Positions 12,569 through 25,559 of a stretch of 64,000 nucleotides of DNA are shown here, one piece after another. Every line of letters begins with the position of its first letter. Within the stretch, counting starts at the first letter, position 1. The DNA lies in the NCBI RefSeq assembly GCF_001194135.2, contig NC_068981.1, positions 143,692,994 to 143,756,993 on the forward strand, written 5' to 3'. The translations under genes were made by a program, and so were the position numbers. The DNA is from Octopus bimaculoides (lineage: Eukaryota). Below the pieces are notes generated by a model that was not told the origin of the DNA, ran no database searches, and worked only from the letters and a program-made list of their open reading frames with translations.

Positions 12569-12602
12569 GTCACTCACATCTGCTTCGAAGAATGATTTTT
12601 GA
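12569..12602 (+). CDS. Possible terminal exon, phase-compatible with 12080-12290
   Basis: Acceptor TTTTGCTTCTTGTTGAACAG. The phase-2 join gives ...KIVSG-SLTSASKNDF* (TGA 12600-12602). Confidence 0.45.
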
Positions 12603-15600
12603 TGTAGGTTGCTATTTTTGTAGGAGGAAATCTCCATTCACAAGGTCTTGAATGGAGTTAACAGAAGCAGTAGCCGTTACAGTGATGGAGTAAACTACCT
12701 GCGGTAATTAAGTACGCCCCTTTCAATTCTGACTTAAAAATCTAATTGAGATCATCTTTGCCTAGTGCCGAACTAGTAACTAGTAAATAACAATCACGTC
12801 AATAATTCAATAGATGGTGAACCCCAATCCCTACAGGCTTCAGGCTTTTCTTCAAAGCAGGAAATCTTAAATAATTTGCTCTAATTAAGTTCATATTCAT
12901 TTCTGAGTTCGAATCCAACAGAAAACAATGTTTGATTTTTAATCCTAATGGAATCAAGCAAAGAAAAGAACAGCGTACAGGACTCAGACCAATCAAACTA
13001 TAGCTTCTGCGAAATTGTTAAACCTTCTACCGATTACAAAAGTAGTCATTATTTCCAAGACGAAGCCATGTCTGATCCAAGAAACAATTACTGTACTAGA
13101 CATGGGTATACACATACATTCATACACATATGAATATGTTTATGCACAAATATATACTTAAATATACCCATTCACACATTCACACACACACGCACAAACA
13201 CACACTCATATTTGCACAAATATATGAATATATATATGTATGTGTGTATATGTGTATGTTTATATATGTGTGTGCATGTGCGTTCGCACACGCGAATAGT
13301 TATGCATATAAAAGTGTCTATATATATTAACACATCCACATAAATTGAAAAATTTTTTTAGTTTGTATACATGTGCATGTGTGCATGTTCACGTGTCCGT
13401 ATATATATATATATATATATATATNNNNNNNNNNNNNNNNNNNNNNNNNNNNNNNNNNNNNNNNNNNNNNNNNNNNNNNNNNNNNNNNNNNNNNNNNNNN
13501 NNNNNNNNNNNNNNNNNNNNNNNNNNNNNNNNNNNNNNNNNNNNNNNNNNNNNNNNNNNNNNNNNNNNNNNNNNNNNNNNNNNNNNNNNNNNNNNNNNNN
13601 NNNNNNNNNNNNNNNNNNNNNNNNNNNNNNNNNNNNNNNNNNNNNNNNNNNNNNNNNNNNNNNNNNNNNNNNNNNNNNNNNNNNNNNNNNNNNNNNNNNN
13701 NNNNNNNNNNNNNNNNNNNNNNNNNNNNNNNNNNNNNNNNNNNNNNNNNNNNNNNNNNNNNNNNNNNNNNNNNNNNNNNNNNNNNNNNNNNNNNNNNNNN
13801 NNNNNNNNNNNNNNNNNNNNNNNNNNNNNNNNNNNNNNNNNNNNNNNNNNNNNNNNNNNNNNNNNNNNNNNNNNNNNNNNNNNNNNNNNNNNNNNNNNNN
13901 NNNNNNNNNNNNNNNNNNNNNNNNNNNNNNNNNNNNNNNNNNNNNNNNNNNNNNNNNNNNNNNNNNNNNNNNNNNNNNNNNNNNNNNNNNNNNNNNNNNN
14001 NNNNNNNNNNNNNNNNNNNNNNNNNNNNNNNNNNNNNNNNNNNNNNNNNNNNNNNNNNNNNNNNNNNNNNNNNNNNNNNNNNNNNNNNNNNNNNNNNNNN
14101 NNNNNNNNNNNTATATTACACGTAGTTATCTTCTGTTGTCCGCTTATATGTCTGTGCGCATATACATTATAAGCCTCTAGGGATATTCATACTGAGATAA
14201 GCACACACATACACACATATACTTATATATGCGCGTGTGTGTGTGTATGTGAGTATGTAAGTAAACAAACGTATCCGTGTACTTACATATGTGCATGTGT
14301 CTGTGTGTATATATATATATATATATTTATGTAGCGTGTGTGTATGTATGTTGTGTGTGTAGTCATAGACTCATACATAAAAATAGACGCGTGTTTACAT
14401 TGAAGCGCAACATAGTGCGTGTACGTATGCGGCATAATTATTTACGCCAGGTTTCAAACGATGTTAATAAGGAGCTTTTACTACGATGCGCCATTCTTGA
14501 TCTCATTAAAGTCATTATCAAGGTAGATACGCGGCATTCTCGTGGCAACTGTTTGACACGAATAATCCGATAGTTGGTAGACCGCCAAATAAATGCTACA
14601 TCGACCGAACTATTCCTAGCTATCGAATAAAATTTCCTTAGTAATAAGCAAACTTGGTGCTATGCTCTAGTGTCTTGCTTTGCAATATTTACCTTCTCGT
14701 CTTCTTAATTGTCTCCATTTATTTATGACACAAGGCGGTCCTCAAGTTCGTTTCACTCCAGAATAATTTTCAAGGACCATTCAGAGGAGATTTGTTTTAT
14801 TTTGCTTTTTTAATTTGGCGGATATTTTATAGTTTTTTTCGATGTACGTATATATATATATGTGTGTGTGTGTGTGTNNNNNNNNNNNNNNNNNNNNNNN
14901 NNNNNNNNNNNNNNNNNNNNNNNNNNNNNNNNNNNNNNNNNNNNNNNNNNNNNNNNNNNNNNNNNNNNNNNNNNNNNNNNNNNNNNNNNNNNNNNNNNNN
15001 NNNNNNNNNNNNNNNNNNNNNNNNNNNNNNNNNNNNNNNNNNNNNNNNNNNNNNNNNNNNNNNNNNNNNNNNNNNNNNNNNNNNNNNNNNNNNNNNNNNN
15101 NNNNNNNNNNNNNNNNNNNNNNNNNNNNNNNNNNNNNNNNNNNNNNNNNNNNNNNNNNNNNNNNNNNNNNNNNNNNNNNNNNNNNNNNNNNNNNNNNNNN
15201 NNNNNNNNNNNNNNNNNNNNNNNNNNNNNNNNNNNNNNNNNNNNNNNNNNNNNNNNNNNNNNNNNNNNNNNNNNNNNNNNNNNNNNNNNNNNNNNNNNNN
15301 NNNNNNNNNNNNNNNNNNNNNNNNNNNNNNNNNNNNNNNNNNNNNNNNNNNNNNNNNNNNNNNNNNNNNNNNNNNNNNNNNNNNNNNNNNNNNNNNNNNN
15401 NNNNNNNNNNNNNNNNNNNNNNNNNNNNNNNNNNNNNNNNNNNNNNNNNNNNNNNNNNNNNNNNNNNNNNNNNNNNNNNNNNNNNNNNNNNNNNNNNNNN
15501 NNNNNNNNNNNNNNNNNNNNNNATATATATATATATATATATATATATATAACTTCTCTTCCATTTTCATATTCTAATTAACTGATGTTCCAGAATATTT

Positions 15601-15899
15601 GGAATTCCGCCCATATAAGTTTCGCTAATATTGAACTTCCTTTTAATGTTTTATTATTTGAACAATCATTATATAGCTACTATACTTCCCATTAGTAAGT
15701 AATCTACTTACTTATTTGAATTAGGCTATTCTTGAAATATTTTTAATTATCGGGGAGTGCCAGGATCGGTACAGCTGACGGACAATGTGCCCCATTTTGC
15801 TAAAATGCCTCCTTGTATGTCTTGAGTTCCGATCCTGTCGAAGTCAATTTATGTATATGTGCGAGCGAGTGAGTCTGTGAGTTTTGTGTATATATGTAT

Positions 15900-15930
<31 letters not shown>

Positions 15931-16537
15931 CATATATATAGAAAATACGTATTCGCTTTTATATATTTATATATTTAATCCTTTATATTGAACACTCAGT
16001 ATTTCATATATTCAATAAGACATTCAATACTTCATTTCATTGTACCATCCATCTTTTTTTATATTATATATCATATATTCCATATTCTATATTCCACATT
16101 AATATTACAAGAATATAAATAAAAAAAACATAAAAAGCAGACAGAGTTGGAACTCTTTTAAATAAAATTATATATATATNNNNNNNNNNNNNNNNNNNNN
16201 NNNNNNNNNNNNNNNNNNNNNNNNNNNNNNNNNNNNNNNNNNNNNNNNNNNNNNNNNNNNNNNNNNNNNNNNNNNNNNNNNNNNNNNNNNNNNNNNNNNN
16301 NNNNNNNNNNNNNNNNNNNNNNNNNNNNNNNNNNNNNNNNNNNNNNNNNNNNNNNNNNNNNNNNNNNNNNNNNNNNNNNNNNNNNNNNNNNNNNNNNNNN
16401 NNNNNNNNNNNNNNNNNNNNNNNNNNNNNNNNNNNNNNNNNNNNNNNNNNNNNNNNNNNNNNNNNNNNNNNNNNNNNNNNNNNNNNNNNNNNNNNNNNNN
16501 NNNNNNNNNNNNNNNNNNNNNNNNNNNNNNNNNNNNN

Positions 16538-16579
<42 letters not shown>

Positions 16580-18523
16580 GAGAGAGATACATAAATAGAT
16601 ACATAGATAGATAGATATATGTATATGTATGCATGCATGTATGTATGCGTATTGAATGTGCATGCTTGCAGTGTTAGTTCTAATATTGTGACGTATATGC
16701 TTATGGCTTTCCGCAATTTTTTATCATCTGGATACCATATGTTCTAGAATGGTAAGAATTTGTGTTAACCTTGTAGAAATTAACTACGACGAAGCATAAA
16801 ATTTGTTTATTGCACATTTTGTCACCTAGTTGCTGACAACCTTTCTTTAAATTACCAACCATTGAAAATAATCTTCACTAAGTAGTTTTATTTCCTTCTT
16901 GGTTGTGTTCACTTGTTGAGTGATTTAATATGTTGAATGTATTGCTATTTCTCTATGTTGCAGATGTCTTATTCAATGTTGTAACAGTACAATATTTGTC
17001 TAATAAATGGAGTTATATATGAAGTGGACAACGATCATGCATGTAAATGAATTCACATGTGTTTAAAGGTTTTTCCTAGTAAAACTAACGTGCTTATTAA
17101 ATAGGAGACTGTTAGTATTACCAATTTCTAGTAATTTTCTATACGATTTTAGAAGATTCCAGTCCACAAATGACCAGGTCAACAAAACCTTTATGCGTCC
17201 AATTAGTAAATACGAATCCTAAGTATATTATGCATGTCTAGATAAACATCAAATTTCAGTTATATAACTCCCAGAGAACTTCCATATTTCCTCTCACAAA
17301 AGCAACATTTTGAAGCGCTCCAGAAAATTCCTACTGATACATTTAGGGAGTGTGGTTACAATGTTTACTACTCAAACCTGAATTTCCAGTGTCTTATTCA
17401 GTAAAAGTTTTCTTATTTATACTCGATTGACCAATACCTTGTGAATGGAGTTTGATGGACAGATATATGTAACCATGTATGTATATATGTATGCATGTAT
17501 GTATGTATGTATGTATGTATGTATGTATGTATGTATGTATGTATGCATGCATGTATGTATGCATGTATGTATGCATGTATGTACTTCCGTATGTATGAAT
17601 GTTTGTATGTATGTATGTATGTATATATGTATGTATGTATCTACTGATACACACACACACACACATACATATATATACATATATATATAATAACAATAAA
17701 TAATATATATGCATATATGGATACAGGACGTCACCAACTGTGCAAACAACATGAAACACGTAAACACACGAGTCAAATACGTAAACGACGAAAGGAAAAT
17801 ATGGAAAACAGAGCAAGCAAACACAGAGAAAGGATCATTCATCAGTTTTCGGCTGTCTATCCACTCCTCGTTTCGAGAATTCAGCGACAATATAAGTCTT
17901 CAAACACAGTTGCTCCCATAAATATTTCGATAAAATTTAGGATTCATGGAGGGTCTAAGTTGGGAACAAAAACAGGACAGTGGAGACATACAAGGAAACC
18001 GAACGAAAAAAAACATGAAGGGTCGTTAGATCAGAACGAGAGGAAAATAGTGAACGATAGGAAGAATATTTTTTTGAAAAGGGAGAAGCTAGAACACAGA
18101 GAAAAAAAAGTCCAGTCTTTTCAACGTCCCTGCAGGAAAAGAAAGATCGTCACGTGAGGAAAAGATAGATAGACGACGGTCACGTGTGAGCAATGAGAAA
18201 GAGAAAAAACGAAAGAGGTGGATATTGAGAGACATATAGAAAACGGGGAAAGAGGAATGGCAAGAAAAATGGAATTAGAGAAGAATGGAGTAAGAAAACA
18301 GTATAGAGTAGAATCGCATCAAAGAGGTGAAGATAAACTTACTTCGAAATGGATGCATCGCGTTCAAGTAAATAATAATAATAAATAATATATATGTTTG
18401 TATGTATGCATCTACATATACATATATATCGTGCAGGAAAAGAAAGATGGACGATGGTCATGTGTGAGCAACGAGAGAGAGAGAGAGAAAAAGAAAGAGG
18501 GGAAGAGAAATATATATATATGC

Positions 18524-18554
<31 letters not shown>

Positions 18555-18829
18555 CGCACACACACATATGTATATATGTATATATATTAATGTTTGTTTT
18601 ATAGTGTACAAATATTTTGTTCTTAAACATGAGTATTATTGACAGTGAACTCAAAGTTTCGGCTAGCTAAGCCATCGCCAGCAGTGGGGTTCGTACCATT
18701 CGCCAATGTATATCAGTAAAAGATATACACATCGGCAAGGAAACAGATAATCAGATAATACTGTATGTTCCAAGAAAATTATATCGAAATTTTTTATCCG
18801 ACCGATTTTCACAGACATTCCACTCTTAC

Positions 18830-18885
18830 CTTGGCCATGCAAAAAGAGTAAAATAGTGATTGATCGCTTGGAACTGCCGATGCTA
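18830..18885 (-). other. Candidate 56-nt exon
   Basis: Acceptor TTTTATATCTTGCATATCATGATCAG, strong donor CAAG|GTAAGA. Open as ASAVPSDQSLFYSFCMAK (phase 1-0) or SIGSSKRSITILLFLHGQ (phase 2-1). Confidence 0.3.
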
Positions 18886-19023
18886 CTGATCATGATATGC
18901 AAGATATAAAATTAAAACAATAAAGTAACTGAAAGAAGCTACATGAAACAAAGATTAAGAATATTAACGATATTCCAATGCTTCAGAAGACAATCGTAAG
19001 TGCATTCAGAAACAAAGTTGCCT

Positions 19024-19171
19024 TTAGTGACATCGTCGTCGTCGTCGTCGTCGTCGTTGTCACCCTCATCCTTCTCCTCCACCTCCTCCTCCCTCTCCTC
19101 CTCCTCCTCCTCCTCCTCATCATCATCATCATCATCAACAACAGCAGTAGCACCCCCACCACCACCACCAT
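19024..19171. repeat. Compound trinucleotide microsatellite (GTC/CTC/CAT/CAC)
   Basis: Direct reading; source of the poly-D/E/S/V pseudo-ORFs. Confidence 0.97.
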
Positions 19172-19384
19172 CATTTGTTTGAGTTTGCACGGATTTGCCC
19201 GACTCCTTGATATCATCTATCGTCATCCAACAGCTTTAGGGAGATGATCATCCCATGTCCTTACAGAGCTGGTCGTTAACAGCTTTTGTTGGACAACCGC
19301 CTTGAGTATATCCGTGCTGGAGTGTTTTCATTAGAGGGTATCTGATGAAGTCTGTGTTTTTTTTTTTAATTGGATCTTATTTCA

Positions 19385-20310
19385 AGTAATGTCCTCAAAA
19401 CGCTTACACCTATCTCTGTATAGTGCTTCTTTGATCGGATTCTTTTTCCATATGATATTTGGAACTAACGCTAACATGACGTGTACACACATCATGTTTG
19501 ATGTTTGCTTTATCAGATGACCAACACAATAATATTTATTCCGCAGTAGCAAGAAGTAGTCTCTTAAGATTGTCAAGTATTCGCGAAACAGATTTTTACA
19601 TCTTTTATCAGTGTATGTGATAGTTCCTAAGTGCTTACAAAAGGTTGCAAATTTCAAAAGGTTTTGTTTGATTATACTTACTCAGCCCTTGCAACAGTAG
19701 ATGTAGAAGATGTCTTTATGTGAATGTCTCAACATCTGTTAGGCATTTATGTAAAGATCAATCCTTTTTGTCATTTTTTGTAGACCAGGTAGAAGGACAA
19801 TAGCTTCCAAAATGGTATCTGTTAACATAGCTACCTGTCCAACATAATTTGTGTTTGTTATGTTTTTAAATTGTGAAAGAGGGAACTGGATTTTGTTTGA
19901 GTGAAGGTCAAAGTGTTTCATTTATTTTGTCATTTGAAGTGCAAAGGATGTAATGTACGTACATGATAAATAGTGAAGATGCTAGTGTAATGCCTTGCAA
20001 AACGCCTACATTGAAGCCCCAAGAAATCAGTTTTCTTAACAAGTATTCATACTTTTGCTCTGATACTCTTGTAAATTATCCTTGCTACTGCTACTAGTTT
20101 GAGTGTAAGAACTTAACTCTCCCTTTTTCCTCGATGGAGGGGATCGAAAATGTTTGAGGAGTCTCCCAAGAACATGCTTGTATATTTTTAACCTATACTT
20201 TCTTAGTAATTCTTCTAACGGCTGACATCTGTCCGACCGACGATCAATTTTATTCTGAACCTGTTTTGCATTTGTTTTCAGCATCAAATACTATGTTATA
20301 TCCAAATAGT
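19385..20310 (-). mobile_element. Decayed RTE/RTE-X-like LINE reverse transcriptase region
   Basis: Frameshifted motifs FLGDSSNIFDPLHRGK (DFSKAFDSIHRGK-like), VGVLQGITLASSLFIMYVHYIL, ITNTNYVGQVAML (DYADD region), CKHLGT, NIIWKKNPIKEALY. Confidence 0.8.
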
Positions 20311-20344
20311 ATCAGATATACTGAAAAAAAGAGACCGTTAAACA

Positions 20345-21300
20345 TGATTTTGACATTTAACTTGCCGATTTCAAATTAGAGGAACTTACAGAGGCAATGA
20401 AAATAACGAAATGAAAACAAGAAACCATTTGGCTTTCACGACAAACCACCAGGAATCTGGTTACCTGGTCTACACAACACCCTTCTAAAATCATAGAAAA
20501 TGGTGGTCAGCTTTTAAAAGTAGGCTATTCAACATAATTTTGGATATGTGGGAAACAAATAGTAACTGCAGATATAAAGGATATTTTCATTGGTACAATC
20601 TTTTAGAAAGGAAATCGCAGTTTTGCTGGAAACTATCACGGCATATCTCTACTCTCCATCCTCGGGAAAATATTTGGCTAAATACTGTGCAACCGTCTTT
20701 TAATCACCTTGAAAAAAGTGCTGCCAGAGAATCTCAGCAAGAGTTTCGAGTCTCTCGCAGAAAGTTTGACATGTTATTCTATGCAAGACTACTATAGAAA
20801 AAATGCAGAGAACAACAATAAATTCTCCTATTGATCTATAATCTCAAAAAACCTTTCGAAACCGTACCATATACAGCTATGAGAAGATTCAGATGCCCAG
20901 ATCTTTTGTGACACTCATGAGTACCCCAGAATGACATAAAATAATGGGTGACACATCGAGACAGGCGATATCCCGAGTAACGGCGGTTCAAATTGCGCAT
21001 GTATACTCCTCGCAACTTTGTTTACCTTGTACCTTGTAACCATGTTCCACAAATTTCAACATAACAATCCCAGTTTCCAGTGCTGATTTCTACTATAACG
21101 ACTGACCAGTAGTCACTGTATCGTCTCATTAACCCGAAAATACGCTAAATTCGGCCAGTAACTTCAAAATGCGTATGATCGCTGCAGTACGACATTCAAT
21201 ATTCAGAAGACCAAAATATTCGCACAACTCAACCGCCGGAATCATAATTCCTCACCCAAGAAATTGAATTCTATTTTTGATTTTTAAGAGTATTTAAAGC
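20345..21300 (+). mobile_element. Decayed RTE (BovB-like) LINE reverse transcriptase region
   Basis: GNYHGISLLSILGKIF (20628), ESQQEFR..DMLFYARLL*KKCREQQ, NLKKPFETV, FNIQKTKIFAQ. Confidence 0.85.
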
Positions 21301-22249
21301 AGGAGAGAAACATGAGAGCCTGATATTGTATTAGGCAGCTGCGTTAAATATCCACAAAATTAAGTCTTTACATGAGAAATACTTCTGTGAACTAAATATC
21401 TTAACCTAAATTTAAATAAAATGACTCAGTTGAAAAAGTCAACGAGGAAGCTTTAACATTAGTCGTAAAGGGTAGATTATCACAAGTTTACGCAATGAAA
21501 GAGTTATCTACAAAAGAGATAACAAACACAGAATGGTCTATTTTCTGAATCAATATATCAAATATAATTATAATTGGCACCAAGTTATCGTAGACTAACT
21601 CTGATGAATTATATTTGGCAACACGATAAAATGGTACAGATACACATCTCCAGCATTATCGGAAATGAAAATGAAAATATTTTAAGGAATTTTAATTCTG
21701 ACCCGCTAGCACATGGCACGCAAGAGTCTTATAATAAGTAATGCGCCTAACACCGGAGCCTTTCGCTTTAGGTATAAGTTATATGACGCTGTGAACATAA
21801 AATGGTTAACTTAAAGTAATTTTGTGGGAAGATAAAACGTTAGTCTTTGTCTAATATTATTTTAATTAGATTTGGAACACGGTAGAAAATTCCTTTGATT
21901 TTATGTTGACCTCATCAGCAGAACACAGATTTTAATAATTATTGGTCTTTCTAAACAATGAAAACACGACTTTTTGTTTGTTTTCTTTGTTTATGTCGCT
22001 ATTTGAGTTCATTTACTTTTATTCTTTATTGAATATATTTGTTGTCCTAAGGTAGCTATTTAGAATAATTTTACAGTTGCAGAAAACCCTATTTCTATGC
22101 ATATGTAATAAGCATAATACTTCTCTTTCGTTTTTTCTTTCTTTTTTTTTTTTCAGCGGCGTATCCTAAATTCAATTATCATTTTTCTGGTTTTCCTGTC
22201 TAGCCTTGCTAATTCACTTAGTATATAGATGCGAGGATTATAGCTGCAA

Positions 22250-23250
22250 TGCATCTATGTATGTTGATATGCATTGATTCTCTAAGGATAAGGTAGCCAG
22301 AAACGACGACTTCAATTGTATCATTGTACTGAATCAATAGTTAACACTTACAATTAGAATCTTATTTCTTTATTTCATTCATGTTTTCATGACTAGATAT
22401 TGACTGTACGCTGATAATACAAGACGCTCTGTTTCTCCTTTTAGCCGATAGCCTTTCAGCCATTGTTGGTTTTCACTATGGTGTAATTCTATATCATGTC
22501 TTGCAGGGTTTTAGCAAAGGAGTGGCTTTTCTCGCTCTTATCTTTTAGAATGATTGGAATTTCTTTTGTATTTTGCTTTTTTTTAAACATTGTTGTTTTC
22601 TTTTTATAGAATACATTTCTGTCGCTATAATTAACCTCTAGCTCGTTCTTTATTGTTTTCTTATACATGCAATAAGGTATTATTTTTGGTTTCTTTATGA
22701 TTCTTTATTAGACTAAACAATTTCCTGTTGCTTGTTTCTATTATTAGGTAACACAGCGTTGCCTTGTTTTGTTGGGAACGGCTGACGGTTTTGCTCCGTC
22801 TGTTACTCTTATGGCACGATTTCCAAGTTTGAAAGAACTGAAAACGAATACCTTCCCCTTCAATCATTTCTTCAAGTTCTCTCAGGAAACGGATGTTTTG
22901 GATATTTGCAAAGACTGTCTCTGTTCCTTCAGGATCTCCTTTGTTGCAGTTACTTAAAATTAAGATTGGATTTCTTTTCATTTTAATCATCAGAAATCAA
23001 TTCTATTTTCTTAAGAAAATTTTGTCCCTGCCATGAAGACCGCTTGTTTATTTTCTCGGTGATTACAGTAAACAAAAGCGCAAAGTAAGCTCTCTGATGA
23101 GTTCTTTCTTTTGTCGGTGGAAGAAACTTTGGTATTGCTCTTGAAAAGGTCATCGGTATAATACAATTTTGATACCGGAATTAGTTTTGGTGGGAGCGTG
23201 GGTTTAATGTTATTGACCCGCATACATAGAACTGTATGGCAAACGCCTTC
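22250..23250 (-). mobile_element. Unclassified decayed coding-like remnant, possibly Penelope-like ORF N-terminus
   Basis: A-rich minus strand with broken ORFs (22661-22990, 23011-23277). NPILILSNCNKG only loosely resembles the PLE IVI.K.DKG motif. Confidence 0.25.
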
Positions 23251-23371
23251 TCCTTGACCAATCCAGTCCGGTCTCAATGCATTTGTTATCGTTGTTGTTC
23301 CTGTTGTTGTTGTTACTACTGATGCTGCTGTTGCTACCCCTCCTGCTGTTGTTGTCGATGTTGTTTTTCTT

Positions 23372-23520
23372 TGTCTTCTTCTTCTTCTTCTTCTTCTTCT
23401 TCTTCTTCTTCTTCTTCTTCTTCTTCTTCTTCTTCTTCTTCTTCTTCTTCTTCTTCTTCTTCTTCTTCTTCTTCTTCTCCTTCTTCCTCTTCCTCTTCTT
23501 CTTCTTTCTCGTCTCCTTCT
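23372..23520. repeat. (CTT)n microsatellite
   Basis: Direct reading; source of the poly-K/E/S/F pseudo-ORFs. Confidence 0.98.
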
Positions 23521-23534
23521 TCTTCACTTGCCGT

Positions 23535-23630
23535 TGTTCTTGTTTGGGTCGCAGGTTTACCCTGATCGATCAGACCAGCGAGCAAGAGAGTTCCAGTCGT
23601 GTCCACCCTAACTGCTTCTGCACAGAGAAC
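23535..23630 (+). repeat. Dispersed repeat domain, with related copies at ~58400-58480 (+) and ~62060-62130 (-)
   Basis: Shared pattern TGTTT..CAGGT..CCCTGATCGA.CAGACC....TTCCAG.CGTG.CCA after GTT/CTT runs. Confidence 0.55.
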
Positions 23631-24638
23631 CCAGGACACTAATATGCAGGAAATTTGGTCCCCATTTCTTAAAGCGTGCGAAACCGCATAGATGCTCCTT
23701 TCTTGGTTTCAGCGAAGTATGCTGGTGAAGACGGTGAATACACAAGCGAATAAAGCATTCTTTTTGAGCACATTTTTTTCCTTCATATTAAATAATACAT
23801 TTCTGCTAACCTCCACATTTTCGTCTGTCAGAAATGTTGCATCAGATCGATTTGGCTTGAGATTTCGTATTATAGTTATATGTTTAAGAAACTGATCGAA
23901 ATCGCAACGCACTCACATTTTTTTTTTTTTTTCCTTTTCAGTAGCTACAAGTATCGCGTGTAAAAGTTTAGGTCGACGTTTCATATTTTCGTTTTGTGAT
24001 TCATGGATATCCTTTTTTCAAACGAATAGCTAATAACTTCAGACGACATAAGTGCGTGCTGACATAAGTTGTTAAACACAGTTTCAGCTTCTACTTGCAA
24101 TCCTCATTCTCTAAGCTCTGTAAGTCATATACATTTACCTCGACAGAAATCAAGCATCACAAGGTAGAGATTTTCTTTGTCGTCTGTCTTCTTTCCTACA
24201 CATCTGACAAACATAAATAATCTGTGAGATGAATGTGAGATCTATCTTTATCGACGTGATATTAACTTTATGTGAATACGAGTGTGTGTGTGTGTGTGTG
24301 TTCATGTGCGTTTGTATCTATGTATTTGTCTGTTGTATGTGTCTTTCTGCTTTGCGTGCCTTTTTCTCTCTCTTTAATCACTATTATATACACATAGAGA
24401 AATAGCTACCTATATATATATAGACAATAGAATAGATAGCTCTACGTTCAATCGTCACCACAATAACNNNNNNNNNNNNNNNNNNNNNNNNNNNNNNNNN
24501 NNNNNNNNNNNNNNNNNNNNNNNNNNNNNNNNNNNNNNNNNNNNNNNNNNNNNNNNNNNNNNNNNNNNNNNNNNNNNNNNNNNNNNNNNNNNNNNNNNNN
24601 NNNNNNNNNNNNNNNNNTGTATATGTGTATGTATATAC

Positions 24639-24669
<31 letters not shown>

Positions 24670-25559
24670 CATATAGATATACATATTTATAAATATGTAT
24701 ATACATATATGTGTGTGCATGTGTGTATATGTATGTATGTATCTATGTATTAAGAGTATGAGAAAGAGACAGTAAAACAGACAGGAGAGAGAAATTAAAA
24801 GAACGAAAACGAAAGAAAAAGATAAAAATGAGATAGATAGATAGATAGATGTATAGTACATAAATGATGCATATATATATATGCATATATACACATACAT
24901 ACAATACTACATGCATACAAAAAATGTTGATAGACTGAGAAACAGAAAAAGTAAAGGAAGAAGAATGAAAAAGAAGAGAGACAGAAACAAACCCAAAAAA
25001 TATTTTTAAAAAAAAAACAAAGAAAGAAATGGAAAGAAATACACAGAAAATTGGCAAGAATGGATCAATTTTTGCGATGGAGAATAGAGAATAGTAGAAT
25101 ACACAATTCAACTCGTGTAACTACAGCACAACATTATTTTTCTAATTTTTTTATTTATGTATTTCATATGTAGGTCTTTATTTTTTCTATAACAAATAAT
25201 ATCATTGTCAAAGTATGAAAGAAGCTTGAGAAACAAGCAGAGAAATACAATACTGATTCAATTCTTAATCATGAATATGCGGCTGTAAGCGAGACACCAC
25301 AACTGGGAGAGGCAACATTGTCATCCGTCTAATGAGAGACTTTTGTGTATTTCCCTGATTGGACCTTAGTTGCAATCATCATATGGCACTCATATATGTG
25401 TATATGTGTATATTTATATATACAAGCATGTGTGTGCGTGCGTGAGAGAGAGAGGGAGAGAGAGAGATATACATCTTTCAATACATAGATACATATATAC
25501 ATTCATATACATGTCTAAGGTCTTGGTAGGGTTGTAAAGTTAAGGTAATTTCAGAGAAG

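Noticed and set aside
16690-16752. GPCR TM6-like FFIIWIPY before donor ATG|GTAAGA
   Set aside because: Every frame has a stop before any usable acceptor.
19682-20320. Strong minus-strand acceptor/donor pair suggesting a 639-nt exon
   Set aside because: The interval is a frameshifted LINE RT with stops in all frames.
23561-23638. Apparent 78-nt symmetric minus-strand exon SWVLCAEAVRVDTTGTLLLAGLIDQ
   Set aside because: It is the antisense of a dispersed repeat also present near 58400 and 62060.
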